Positions 25,827-39,062 of a DNA stretch of 64,000 nucleotides are shown piece by piece. Below the pieces are notes generated by a model. The model was not told where the DNA came from. It was given only the letters and a program-made list of their open reading frames with translations, and searched no databases. A program made the translations under genes and the position numbers. The stretch spans positions 804,156-868,155 of the forward strand of contig JAAOMT010000523.1 of NCBI GenBank assembly GCA_016748015.1. The letters are read 5' to 3'. The first letter of the stretch is position 1; the number at the start of each line of letters is the position of its first letter. The DNA is from Geosiphon pyriformis uo1. Taxonomy: Eukaryota > Fungi > Glomeromycota.

Positions 25827-26433
25827 CCATAGGTTCCTATTAATTCTGCTTTTTTTTGTTTACTTTGAAATAGTAACTGTCCAAATGTTGATGTCATGTG
25901 TGATGTGGATGCATCTGCTAATGAAATATTGATGGTACTTCTAGGTATATAGTGATATGATAGGTTTGTTGGTGATTTAACTCTGGTTTTCTTCCAAGTA
26001 GGTGGTTGTATTTGTTTTGGTGTTACTGCTGGTGTTTGTAATCTTACTTTGCCTTTGTCTGCATAAGTGATGGAGAATTGTTGTTGTGTGTATCTTTTAA
26101 TGGTTTGATTGATTTTCCTGATGATTGGTACAAAACTGTAGTTTCTTAGTAAGCTGGTGTGTTGAAATAATTCTGTATAGAAATTTTCTCTTGTGGATTC
26201 AATGTTAACTGTTCCTCCTAAGCAGTCTGTGATATTATCATTGACATAGAAGTTAAAGGCGGATTCTACTGGGAAGTGGTTATTGTTTAGCCCTAATTGT
26301 TGACTGTATTGTTAAAACAAGAATTTGGCAAATCCTAAATGGTTTGCTCCTATGTTTTCTGATTCTGCCACTTTTGGATAATTGCTGTTAGTGCTAATTC
26401 TCTATAGAATTATATCTTACAGGAAGCACCAAA

Positions 26434-28272
26434 TGTTACAGATAATTATTTGGAGTCTCAAGTCAAATAACAAATCTGTAACTTGGTGTTTGGTTGGTAT
26501 TCTAATGTTGATATCTGAAGGTTTTGTTGTGGAGTTTTTTGTATAATGGACAGAGATTTAATAGTTGTTTTTAGTAGTTTCCTAGAATTGCAATTCCATC
26601 AAATTTTTTTCTCAGCATGATGGCCAGTAATCTTTCTGGTAAGCTATCCTCAAATCTATCAGTATTCTACCCTTGTTTCACAGGTTTTTTACCAGTTCCT
26701 ATGATGTCTGTATTTTAGTGCTTAATCTTTAATCAATTTAGTAAAACCAAAGAAATAACAAAAGAAATAAAAGACAATAAAAGAAGATAAAGAAATAAAC
26801 AAAAGCAATTGCAAGTTAGTATTCCATTAATAGCTGTAATCAAGAGCTATTGTTCCAGTATGGTTAAGTATCAATTACTATCAACATAAAGTGTTGATAA
26901 TGGAGAATAGTTTGAGATAGTAAATGATTATTTATTGATATTTGTGAATGGAAAGTTGCTTAGATCAAATCTAAACTGAGAGGTCTGTCTTTTCTACTTC
27001 TAATGCTACCACTATATATACATAATTTGAGTTCTATAAGATCACTCACATTCTTGAGCAATGTGTTATAATTTCTCAAGCAATGCTCACATTGCTGAGC
27101 AATATGCCATATTTTCTTGACATTGCTCTATATTGCTGAGTAATATGCTGTGATTTCTGACATTGCTCCATATTGTTGAGCAATGTGCCATGATTTCTGA
27201 CATTGCTCCATATTGCTGAGCAATGTGCTCACATTGTTACCAGTAGAATTTTAGCTATTAATTAGCATGAAATTACCCTTATAATTCCTATAATTAATTA
27301 GTATATTAATATCATTTCAAATTATTATTTATTATTTAATCAATTATCACATATCACAATTCAATTAAATAATCTAATTAGTATAACAGAAAGTAGAATG
27401 ATCAAATTACACAATATCCTGAACTTTGTAACATTCTGAAATTCACCGAAATTTATAGAAATTTGCTGAAATTATGAATAGTTTACCCAAATTAATCAAT
27501 AGTTCAGTAAAATAACTTGTAGTTCATCAAAATGTATCTTTAATTTACCGAAATTTGAGCAAAGAGAAAAAGTGCAAGTTCATAGACTAGTACTACAACA
27601 AGTTGTATAAAAGAAGAGCTTTTCTCTTCAAGAAAATATATCTTACTTTTAGATTTATTACTTAGAACCATTCTTACACACAAAAAAAATAACTATCAAA
27701 TAATTCAAAAAACCAAATTCTTTAATTATTGCACTTGGAAAATCCCCAAAACCCAACTAACATTTTGAAATTGATTAGCTACCAATTTCAGTAAACTGTT
27801 AGTAACTCCAGGCCTGGATAGAAAACGTTTCTCTTGATAAAATTTTATTTCTTTTATTTTTCTTTTATTTTTTTATTTTTTTCTTATTACAATCATTAGA
27901 GTAGCCTACAGACGAGATTCCTATAGAAGAGTTGACTTTCACAGTAAAGTAACTACACATTTTAGTGAGCTTCCAGAAGAGCAATTCCTGAGAAAGAGTT
28001 GACATTTACTACAATGTAACTACACAAAGTAACTGGCACGGAATTGGCCATTCCACTTATAAGCCCAGCAGTTCAAATTATAGAAGATAATTTGAAGATA
28101 AATTCAGTTATTGGAGGTTTAACTACTTCTAGAAAACGTGAATTTGCAACCACCAGACATTTACAGCATTCAAAAAAAGAAACCAAAAACCTTCAATAAC
28201 AATGTGCTAACTACTACTCTTTTATTGGTCTACTATTTTTCTATATCTGTTTTTTTTTTTTTATGAATAACA
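26434..28272 (-). repeat. 5' LTR of element B, split by a solo LTR
   Basis: 26434-27234 plus 28206-28272 align with 5923-6791. Confidence 0.9.
27235..28201 (+). mobile_element. Solo LTR of family X, 967 bp
   Basis: TGTTACCA...ATAACA termini; TSD ACAT/ATGT (empty site ACGT at 6720-6723); homologous to 47593-48463. Confidence 0.9.
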
Positions 28273-28491
28273 CTGTAGCTTAAGTCCAGCTAAAAAGAAT
28301 TATGAAACACCAGTATTGGAACACTTAGCTATTTATTGGGCTGTCATCAAATAGAAAGAATATTTGAGTCAAAAGTTTGATATATACACTGATTATAAAG
28401 AATTGACTTCAATTCAAAAGCAAAAATTTGGAGATGATTGCTATACCAGATAGAAAATAGAATTTTTACTATTTAATTATACAGTACATTA

Positions 28492-28692
28492 CAAAAAAAA
28501 AAAAAAAAAAAGAAAAACAAAAAAAAAAAAAAAAAAAAAACAAAAAAAAAAAAACAACAAAAAAAAAACAACACAAAACAAAACAAAACAACAAAAAAAA
28601 AACAACAAAAAAAAACAACAAAAAAAAACAACAAAAAAAAACAACAACAAAAANNNNNNNNNNNNNNNNNNNNTACAAAAAAAAAAAAAAAA
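28492..28692. other. Assembly gap (20 N, 28654-28673) with low-quality A-rich flanks
   Basis: Run of n; TACAAAA repeated on both sides; the orthologous site in the other copies is a short A-rich stretch. Confidence 0.9.
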
Positions 28693-28975
28693 TGGAAATG
28701 CTGATGGATTGTCGAAAATAAAACAAATCTAAGAACATTTTAACCCAAAAATATAACAAAAAAATAAATATACAAAAATACCAACAACTCCAATATTATA
28801 TAAATACCCAACTGTTCAAGGAAAAATTATCTTAAAAAGAACAAAATAACATAAAACAACAATCAAAATATTTTATCAACCATCAAAATATACTTTACCA
28901 GAAGAACAAAAAAAATCTAGATCAATCAACCAGAGTAATTACAGAATCAGAAAAAGAGACAATATTATTCAATAT

Positions 28976-29815
28976 TATTACAGTTGATTATTTGAGATCT
29001 CAAATCAAATAACAAATCTGTAACTTGGTGCTGAGTTGGTATTCTGATGTATATCTAAAGGTGTTGTTTTATCTGAAGGTTTTGTTATGAAGTTCTTTGT
29101 ATAATAAACAGAGATTCAATGACAATATAGTTGGTTGGTAAGTTGTTTTCTCAATTTCTGTCTTCAGTGTGGTGGCCAGTTTATTCTGGCAGTCATGCTC
29201 TTCTGGTAAGCTATCTGTTAATATATATATGATTCTACCCTTATTTCTGGGTCTTTTATCAGATTATTCATGATGTCAATTACTCAGTGCTTTAATCCTT
29301 AATCAATTAGTATACAACAATAAAATCAAAGAAAAAAAAAAATAAAAGAAATAAAGAAATGAGCCAAGGCAATGCACAAGTTAGTATTTTGTCAATAGCT
29401 GTGATCAAGAACTATTGTTCCAGTGTGGTTAAGTATTAATTACTATCAACATGAAGTGTTGATAGTGGAGAGTAGATTGAGATAGCAAATAATTATTTTA
29501 TTGATATTTGTGAATAGGAAAGTTGTTTAGATAAAATCTAAACTGGAAGGTCTGTCTTTTCTATTTCTAATACTACCACTATATATACATAATTGAGATT
29601 TCTCAATTCCTCAATTCTTCACACCAGAAATTCTGGAATTTCTTTTAAGAGGAATCCTGAAATTCTGGAATTCTGTGATTCCTTGTATAAGAATTCTGAA
29701 ATTTCTGAAATCCTGCAATTCCTCTGAGAGAAATCCTGGAATTCCACATTTACTGTGCCTACTTCTGATTGGCTAATTTATGCTAATATATACTTTCTAT
29801 ATTCTATGAGTAACA
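28976..29815 (-). repeat. 3' LTR of element D
   Basis: Pairs with 38203-39058; GGAATTCC-rich repeats at 29600-29750. Confidence 0.92.
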
Positions 29816-29829
29816 TTATTCCCTCCTTT

Positions 29830-30468
29830 TTAATATTGAGCTCCATTGAGATCTCCCAAATCTCCTAACTTTAATTCTCTGTTTTTAAGTATTTCTTGAA
29901 CTTCTTTTTCAAGAATTATTTGTGTTATCTTGTTTTGTAATTTTTCAAATTGGGTGTTGGTTATTTTTCCCATTTGGTTGACAGTAATAGTATCCATTTC
30001 AGTGTTGAGCAAGATTTCTGGTCGATCTTGGAATCTGGTATGTAGCCAATAAATGGCTCTTGCTTGTGTAATTAAATTGTTTTTCCCCACAAATTGTTCT
30101 AGTTGCTATAGTATTGTTCTGTTGAATAATCATTTTGTCTTATTCATGTATAGATTCTGAATTTTCACATGTTGTCTCAAGTAAAAGTAGCAAAAGTTTT
30201 TTGAAAATTGTTGTATCTACCAATTTCAGATTTCTATAGTTAACTCTTGATATTGGGTAATTTTGGGTTGTGTTTCTATCACCAGTTTTATTTTTGCTAT
30301 TATTTTGTCAACAGTGTTTTCTGTTTTTCTTCGTACTTTATCCTGTGGTCTTTTTTTGGTGTTTGTGTATCTGATAGTTTGTTAATTGATTGTAATCTCC
30401 ATTTCTTGTTGTTGGATTAATTGGAAGAGTTGTTGTGCTAGTGAGTGCATGTTATTAATAATTTCCAT
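29830..30468 (-). pseudogene. Element D ORF3 (divergent variant, ~212 aa)
   Basis: MEIINNMHSLAQQLF...RAIYWLHTRFQDRPEILL...ILEKEV...GAQY*; 639 nt in frame. Confidence 0.8.
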
Positions 30469-30524
30469 ATTTCTGATGTCTTCTGTCATGTTTACCATGT
30501 CTTTATATACTCTTTCTATTGTTT

Positions 30525-31905
30525 AATTTTATGTGTTTGGTCCAATGATTATGATTAGTTCTAGATCTTGTGGAATTTCATCTGGTTGAACTAGTATTCT
30601 CTGTACTTCTAATTGTAGAATATTACTGGTGAATGATAATACTATATAGTGATATGGTTTCAGTCAATCACCATGTGCTGCTTTGGCTAAAATTTTGTTG
30701 TTCCATCTTAATTTATAAGCTCCATTTCCAAGAATTTCTTCTATGTGAAATGATCCATCTCATTTGGGGTCAAATTTTCCACTCCATTGTTTTTCTGCTT
30801 TGGTACGATGTAAAAGTACTTTGTCTCCAATCTTGAATTTAACTGGTTTATCTGGTAGTTGGTTATTATGTTTTTCTTTTTGTCTTTTTTGTGACTTTTG
30901 GATGTTATCAACTGCTTTTCGCCATTTGTTTTCTAATGTTTTTATTAAGTCATATGTTCTTTTTAGCAACATTTTCTGAAAATTGTCTTCAGTTATTAGT
31001 TCTGTTGAATAAGTATTGACTTCTATCTCAACTGGTAATGTTGCTGTTCTATCATATACTAATTCAAATAGTGTTGCTTGTGTAGTGTCTTGCTTCATTG
31101 TTCAATAAACAAATAATACTGATGGTATGAACAAGTCTCATTTATCTTGGTTTTCTTAACTGATTTTGGCAATCACTTCACACAGTGTTCTATTAAATCT
31201 TTCAACTAATCTATTGGTTTGTAGATGGTATGGTGATGATAATGGTCTTTTTATCCCAAATCTTTGACTTAATTCTGTCAATGTTCTGTTTACAAAGTAG
31301 ATTCCTTAATCTAATAATAGTTCTTTTAGACACTCATGTCGACAGATCAGGTTTTGATAAACAAATTTGACAATGGATTTTGCATCTGCTCTTTGGATGG
31401 CTTTTGCTTCTGGCCATTTAATAAGATAATTCATGGCTACTACAATATATCTGTTGCCTCTGCTGGTTATTGTTAATGGTCCAACTAAGTTAATTCCAAT
31501 ACAATCAAATAATTATTCTACTTTAATTGGTTTTAATGGTTTGCTGGGTTTTGTTTCTCCTCTTCTTTGACAAGCATCACAATTTTGAACATATTGGATG
31601 ATATCTGAATATATTAATAGCCAATAGTATCTTTTTCTGGTTTTTTCTATGATTGCTTCTTTATGAAAATGTTCTGCTGTTGAATCTGCATGCATGTTGA
31701 ATAATATTGTCTCTTTTTTTGGTTCTGTAATTACTCTGGTTGGTTGATCTGGATTTTTTTTGTTCTTCTGGTAAAGCATATTTTGATAATTAATAAAATA
31801 TTTTGATTGTTGTTTTATGTTTTTTTGTTCTTTTTGAGATAATTTCTTTTTGAACAATTGGGTATTTATATAATGTTGAAATTGTTGGTATTTTTGACTA
31901 TTTAT
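30525..31905 (-). pseudogene. Element D integrase
   Basis: H..H/CDAC motif, TKWPEA, KFKIGDKVLL..KFDPK; start codon reads ATA. Confidence 0.9.
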
Positions 31906-31935
31906 GTTTTGTTATATTTTTGAGTTGAAATGTTT

Positions 31936-34900
31936 TTAGATTTGTCTTATTTGCAACAGTCTGTTAGCATTTTCATTGTTTTTTCTTTTTTTATAATGTA
32001 CTGTATAATTGAATGATAAAAGTTCTATTTTCCATTTGGTGTGACAATCGTCTGCAAATTTTTGTTTTTGGATTGAAGTCAATCCTTTGTAATCAGTGTA
32101 CACATCAAACTTTTGACTCAAGTATTTTTTCTATTTGATAACAGCCCAATAGATAGCTAAGTATTCTAGTGCTGGAATTCCATAGTTCTTCTCAGCCAGA
32201 CTTAAGCTTTTACTGGCATAAGCTACTAGATGTTCTCTTCTATCAGGTCTTTTCTGAGATAATACTGCTTCCAATGCTTGACCAAATGCATTAGTAATAA
32301 TGATGAATGGTTTATTGTGATCTAGATACATCAACACCAGAGCTTGAATAAGTTTTCTTCTTAGTGTGTCAAACGTTTCCTGTTGAGCTTCTTTCCATTT
32401 ATACTTTATATTCTTAGTTTGTAAGTGATGAAATGGCTGGGCCAGTTTAGAAAAATCTTTGATAAAGCAGCAATAGTACTCTGCAAATCTCAAGAATGCT
32501 CTTAATTCTGTGAGATTGTTTGGTACTAGAAAGTTTTTGACAACTTCAATTTTGTCTGGATCTGTTTTGATGTCATTTTTGCTTACAATATATCCCAAAA
32601 ATTTTAGTTTTGTTTTTCCAAAGAAGCATTTGTTGGCATTTAGTTTCAATCTTGCCCATCTGAGTCTTTCAAATACTTGTTGGAAATGGTAAAAATGATT
32701 ATCAAATGTTTTTGAGAACACATTTGTGTCATCTAAGTAAACAACTACTGATTTTTACAGTAATCCAGTATAGACAATTTCCATAAGCCATTGGAACATG
32801 GCTGGAGCATTCATCAAACCAAATGGCATGACTTCAAACTCAAAATTTTTTTCTTTTATAGTAAATGTTGTTTTTTCTTTGTCAACTGAATCTATAGCTA
32901 CTTGTCAGTAACCATTATCTAAATCTAGTGTTAAGAACTATTTATTTCCTCCAAAAGCATTGAATAGTTCTTGTATTTTTGGAGTTAGATAGCTATCATT
33001 TTTGGTTACTCTATTCAGTTTCTGATAATTTACACAGAAGTGAATTTTCCCATTTTTCTTTTAGACTAGTATCACTGGTAATGACCATGAACTTATTGAT
33101 AACTGAATTAACCCATTGTTAAGCATCTAATTGATTTCTTGATGAATAATCTTATGGCTAGCTAGTGATACTCTGTACACTCTTTGTTTTATTGGCATTG
33201 TATTTCCAGTCTTGATCTAATGCTAAATGATGTTGGTGCAGCCAAATTTATTTTCACTTACAAAAATGTCATTGAAATTGTTGAGTAACATCTTTAGCTG
33301 CATCTATTAGAGTGGATCTAGATTTCCCAAATTCATCTGTTCCAATTGTTCTGGTTGGAATAGATAATATTCACTTTGTTCATAAATAGTTTGTAATATG
33401 ATATCTACATATCTACAAAGTTGTGAAAAATCTGAAATGTCATTTGGTGGTTGCTTCTCAACTTCAGTAGTTAATTATCCAATAATAGTTCTCTTTGGTA
33501 TTTCAATAACACTCCCAGTTGTGTTGTAGATGAGAATTTTAATGTTTTTGGGACTTTTGGCTGATATGTAAAGATTAGTGAGTCCAATCTCTCCTGATTC
33601 ACAAATGGTGGCTTCTGCTTTAAACAACTGAGCTTGATTCTTTACTTCTCTTTTTATAGCTAATATATACTGGTCATATGGTGGAATAGAAATTGATTAA
33701 CAGATTGAGATAATTTCTCCTTTGTCAATAATCTCTTTCTCTGTCATATTAACTGGTATATCTATTTTACCCATTGATCTGAATTTCTGTATCCCTTTAG
33801 CAGTAATTCTTAATTCTTCCCTGTTTCCTACTGACACTAACTGAACTATTTTCACCAGATGTAGAAATATTGCTTGTGCTATTTTTTTGTTTGGCTCTAT
33901 GATATAGACCTTTTCAGAGTTATTTTGTAGCATAGCAATAATATTTTCTATGTATTCTGTGTCAATTATCCCTTCTCTGATGTTGATTCCCTTTTTGGCT
34001 AAGCTACTCCTAAATGTTAACTGAACCATTGTTGTTGCTAGAATTTCCAGAGCTATTTTGAGATCAATGCAGGTGCACAAATGGGGTTCCAATTTTATGG
34101 CATTCTTTTCTGGATATCTCAGATCAAACTCTGCATTAGTATTATGTGTGTGTTCTGACATGATACCTTCACCATTATTGCTGAACCATTTAAGTTTCTG
34201 TTTTTTGGTGAGGTCAAGAAGTGCAATATATTGTTTGGAGTTTGAATTGGAGTTTGAATCTGAGTTAACATCATTATTATTTTGAGTGGAGCTGGAACCA
34301 TTATTTTTGTTGTCATTATTGTTGGAATTTGAATTGGGATTGAAAATTGATTCCAATTCTGATGTGCAGCTGCTGATTGGTTTGTCTTCTTCTGGGATTG
34401 TGTAGATCATGCATGGTGGTGGATTGTAAATAAGGTCACACTCATTACAATATTGAAAGTCACACAGGATTAAGCAATGTTGACATAATTAAGTATTTAA
34501 CTGCTCTAAACGCTGTTTTTGTTCTTCTCTAGTGAATGTTAAACACTGTTAATGTTTGTGAAATTTCTCTGGATTGTCTTCAATGTTGCCAAAGACATTA
34601 AAGGTTTGGACGTATTTGGATTCAGAAAGAGACAGAGGGTTGTTTTTGATTTTTAAAAGTTTGCTAGTTGTCACACCTTCTGTTTTCACATATGCCATTC
34701 TTCAGAGTTCATGTTTATCATGGGAATATCCTTCCAATCATTACAACACTCTTTTCTAGGCATTGTTGATTGGTGTTTTTTTGTGTACCTAGTCATTGAT
34801 TAGGATTGTATACTAACACATTTCATTGCACATTTTTCTTTGTCCAGGAATTTCATTCTACATTCCTTCATCTGAGAGAGTTTCTCCACAAGCCAAGCAT

Positions 34901-37900
34901 GGTTCATTGTCCCATTTTCCAATTTGTTTTGGTCTTCCAAAGGGTTTAATAATGCATAAACAGCAATAGAATTTGGTTACCGAAATGTACTTCTTATCAT
35001 CACCACAACAAGTGCCCATTGATGACAATTTCTTGCCACAATTAATATATACTAGTTTTGAGTAGTAATAAGTAGATCATTGAGGTATAGTATAGGAATT
35101 ATAAGTGGTGGTGCTGTTGGGTGTTGGTTCTTCTTCCTTCTCTTTTCTTTTTCCCTCTTTATGTTTTTTCTATTTCTAATTTATTAGTTCTTCCATGTCG
35201 TTGTCAGTTTCCCAGGCTTGGTCAGCATTCCAGGTAAGTTTTTCTTTCTGTTTTTTTTTGTTGTTGTCATTCCAGGATAGTATTGGTGGTAGTTCATTGT
35301 GGTCGCTGTCAGCCCACAAGATCTGATATGCTTCCCAAGTAGGTTTCTCTTTTTTTTCTTCAAAGTCAATAAGTGGTCATGTTTTAATGCTAGGTTTAAA
35401 ATGGCCACACATTGCTGATACTCATGTGTGTTGGCCATTCTGACTGATTTGCAACTTTTGTGTTGTCCAGTCAAGTGTTGCATTGGTCTTAGATAGCCAG
35501 TCATTACCAACTAGAGCTTAGTACTGAATAGCTTCTATGACCAGAACTTTGATTGGTACTGTAATGTTATTGACTTCAATAAAGAAGTCATCAATCTCAT
35601 CAATGGGAGTTTTGGTTGCTCTATTAGCAATTATGATTCTAGTGCTGGCAGCATGATCAACTCAGTGACCTAATTGGTCTATGAGTTGTCTTGTGATGAT
35701 GCTGCTAGCTGATCTACTGTTTAGGATCAGTTTGATGGAGTGGTCATCAATTTTGGCATCAGTGTACATAGCAGTAATAGGTTTTTTTTTAAAGTGGCTC
35801 CACTAAACAACAGCATAGTTGATGGTTCTTCAAGTTCAAATGGAAAGATGGCATCCAGTAATTCATTCTTTGTGATAATAGCTGGGGAAATATTGCTGGT
35901 AAGTGTTAATTGTTAGTTGGTTTCTGGATTATTGGATTGGGTGTCTTCTGGATTAGTTAGGAGACTTAAATAGTTCTGGAAATTCGGGTTTTGGGCATAT
36001 CCAGTGTCTGAATTCCATTGTTGAGATCCTGCTGGTTGTATGGAAGAACTGGGGATCAGTTGGTGGACTACTATCAATAATCTCCAGCTTTGTTGAGTCA
36101 ATCTCGGCCTTTGGGTTCCATTTTGAAGTAAGTCTTGTGATGGTGTTTAGATTTGTTGGAATTGATAGATTATTTGAGGCTGCAGCTGATAAATTGCTGG
36201 TGTCATTATTTGATAAATTGACATTTGATATACTAGTGGTTGATAAAGTGGTTGCTATGTCATAAGTAGATAATTCTAATGATATGGCTCTGAGTTTGGT
36301 GGGTTATTCGGAATTTGAAACCAGTAATTAAGGTTTCAATATTGATTTCCTGATCATTGGTTATTTAAGCAATGACAGCAGTCAATTTGTAGGTGTCCTT
36401 GTTTTCCACAATAGTGGCAAACATGTATTTCCTGTTGCTACTGTTGATTGGTTGATGATAATAGACATGACTGATTCTGGAAATAATTTGTGTTTTCAGA
36501 ATTATTATGTCATTGTGGTGGTTGATAAATTGCATGATTGTCAACTAAGTATCTCTCTAATTTCTGATTGATTGATTTGCTGAATTGCTTCAATTTGAAA
36601 TCCAAGTCAGATGATCCATTCATTACTAGATTTACTGCTTGGGTGTGGTTGGCTTCTAATTCAACAGCTTTAAAATTTCTGGCATTTGTGACTGCGGCTT
36701 GAAGGTCTGCTGGATGTATTGGGCACATGTGTTGGAGGATACTACTGTACAGGCCTCTGATGAATTGATTTAGGATTTGTGACACTGTGAAATAATCAGC
36801 CTGTATGGTCTGGATTTGGTGCAGATTTTTGTGAAAGCATCCTAAGTAAGTAGTGACTGTTTCATTTTCTCCTTGCTTGATAGTGGTAAATGTGTTGGCT
36901 AGACAATTAATACTGTTATTATTACTGAAATATCCCAAGAATGCAACTTTGAATTCCTGGAATGTCTGAGGTTTGGCAACTAAACTTTAATACCACGAGT
37001 TGGTGGTATTCTGTAAGAAATAGGGGATGGCTTAGAGTGCTTTCATGTTATTCTATCTATTGGCCATAATAGCCTTCTCAATATTGTTGAGCCATATTTG
37101 GGCATTGTCTTCTTCACCAGTGAATTTCTTGAGCTTTGCTATTAAAGCATAGGCCATTGGATCCAAGTTGGGGTTGTGGCTGTTGAAGCGGCTGCTATGG
37201 TTGTTGGGGTGATTGAAGTGGCTATTGTTGTTGCTGTTTGTCAATTGGTGGAGCTGGTGGTGGATTGATCATGATTACTGAAGGTAAGTGTTGTTGATTA
37301 TTAATGTCGAAATTTTGATTATTCTGATTGTGTGGTGTTTGAAAGTTCGGAGTTTCGATTTCTGGATTTTCTAAATTTAGATTTTGCTAAGTATGAAGGT
37401 TCAGGGTTTTGATTTTCAGGTTTTTAGTGATCAAATTCTGGTAAGTAAATTCTTGATCTTCAGCTTCTTCTTCTTCCTTTTCTTCTGATTTTATTATTTC
37501 TCAGGAACTCACATTTCCGAAATCTGGTTGGAGTGGTGATAATTAGAATCCTGATGGCGTTGGGGATTGTAATTTAAATCCCTTAAAATAGTTGCTATAA
37601 GTTCTTAGTAACTCTGTTTTCTTTTGTTTATTTTGAAATAGGAGTTGGCCAAATGTTAATGTCACATGTAATGTGAATACATCTGTTGATGAGATGTTGA
37701 TAATGCTTCTGGGTGTATAGTGGTATGATGAGTTTATTGGTGATTCAACTCTGGTTTTCTTCTAAGTGGGTGGTTGTATCTGTTTTGGTATTACTGCTAA
37801 TGTTTGTAATCTTCCTTTGTCTTTGTCTGCATAAATAATGAGAAATTGTTGTTGTGTGTATCTTTCAATAGTTTGATTAATTTCCTTGATGACTGATGTG

Positions 37901-38140
37901 AAGCTGTAGTTTCTTGGTAAGCTGATATGTTGAAATAATTTTGTATAGAAATTTTTCCCTTGTGGATTCAATGTTAATTGTTCCTCCTAAGCAGTCTGTG
38001 ATTTTATTATTGACGTAAAAGTTGAAAGCTGACTCTGCTGGGAAATGGTTATTGTTTAATCCTAATTGTTGGCTGTACTGTTGAAACAAAAATTTGGCAA
38101 ATCTTAAGTGGTTTGTTCCTATGTTTTCTGATTTTGCCAC
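31936..38140 (-). pseudogene. Element D ORF1 Gag-PR-Cys-rich-dUTPase-RT-RNaseH
   Basis: Same domain order as B and C; dUTPase ~33770-34160; ends NANRLLQIRQI*. Confidence 0.92.
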
Positions 38141-38202
38141 TTTTGAATGATTGTTGTTGGTACTGGTTTTTTGTAAGATTATATTTCACAGGAAGCACCA
38201 AA

Positions 38203-39058
38203 TGTTATAGTTGATTATTTGGAGTTTCAAATCAAATAACAAATCTGTAACTTGGTGCTGGGTTGGTATTTTGGTGTATATCTAAAGATGTTGTTTTATC
38301 TGAAGGTTTTATTATGGAGTTTTTTGTATAATAGACAGAGATTTAATGGCGATATAGTTGGTTAGTAAGTTGTTTTCCCAATTTCTGTCTTCAGTCTAGT
38401 GGCCAGTTTATTCTGGCAGTCATGCCCTTCTGGTAAGCTATTTGTTAATATATATATGATTCTATCCTTATTTCTGGGTCTTTTACCAGTCTATTCATGA
38501 TATTAATTACTCAGTGCTTTAATCCCTAATCAATTAGTATACAACAATAAAATCAAAGAAAAAAAAAATAAAAAAAATAAAGAAATGAGCCAAGGCAATG
38601 CACAAGTTAGTATTTCATCAATAGCTGTGATCAAGAACTATTGTTCCAGTGTGGTTAAGTATTAATTACTATCAACATGAAGTGTTGATAGTGGAAAGTG
38701 GATTGAGATAGCAAATAATTATTTTATTAATATTTGTAAATGGAAAGGTTACTTAGATGAAATCTAATCTGGAAGGTCTGTCTTTTCTACTTCTAATGCT
38801 ACTGCTATATATACATAATTGAGATTCTTCAATTCCTCAATTTTTCACACCAGGAATTCTGGAATTCCTGGAATCTTGCAATTCCTTTTGAGAGGAATCC
38901 TGAAATTCTGGAATCCTGCAATTCCTTGTACAAAAATTCTGAAATTCCTGGAATTCTGCAATTTCTCTGAGAGGAATCCTGGAATTCCACATTTACTGTG
39001 CCTACTTCTGATTGGCTAATTTATGCTAATATATACTTTCTATATTCTATGAGTAACA
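38203..39058 (-). repeat. 5' LTR of element D
   Basis: TGTTACTCAT start on the minus strand; followed by the PBS. Confidence 0.92.
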
Positions 39059-39062
39059 ACAT

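Larger units (their letters stand above)
8910..26371 (-). pseudogene. Element B Gag-PR-Cys-rich-dUTPase-RT-RNaseH polyprotein, interrupted by a solo LTR (13787-14661) and element C (15363-25826)
   Basis: CCHC-like knuckle ~13320-13370, LILDSGS ~12680, dUTPase motifs 10735-11135, MPFGLMNAPATFQ/YLDN ~9700-9800, RNase H ITTNAS..LGAVL. Confidence 0.9.
5923..28272 (-). mobile_element. Ty3/Gypsy element B, full length. Inserted in RNase H of A; hosts C and two solo LTRs
   Basis: Paired LTRs 5923-6791 and 26434-28272. TSD CCAT (5919-5922) / CTGT (28273-28276), both derivable from CCGT. PBS 26415-26431, PPT 6792-6807. Confidence 0.93.
28976..39058 (-). mobile_element. Ty3/Gypsy element D, full length and uninterrupted (10.08 kb), inserted in integrase of A
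   Basis: LTRs 28976-29815 and 38203-39058; TSD ATAT (28972-28975) / ACAT (39059-39062); PBS 38185-38200; PPT 29816-29831. Confidence 0.95.

Noticed and set aside
28469-28759. Phe-rich 96-aa ORF and long A/C low-complexity run
   Set aside because: Spans an N gap; sequencing or assembly artefact at a poly-A tract.
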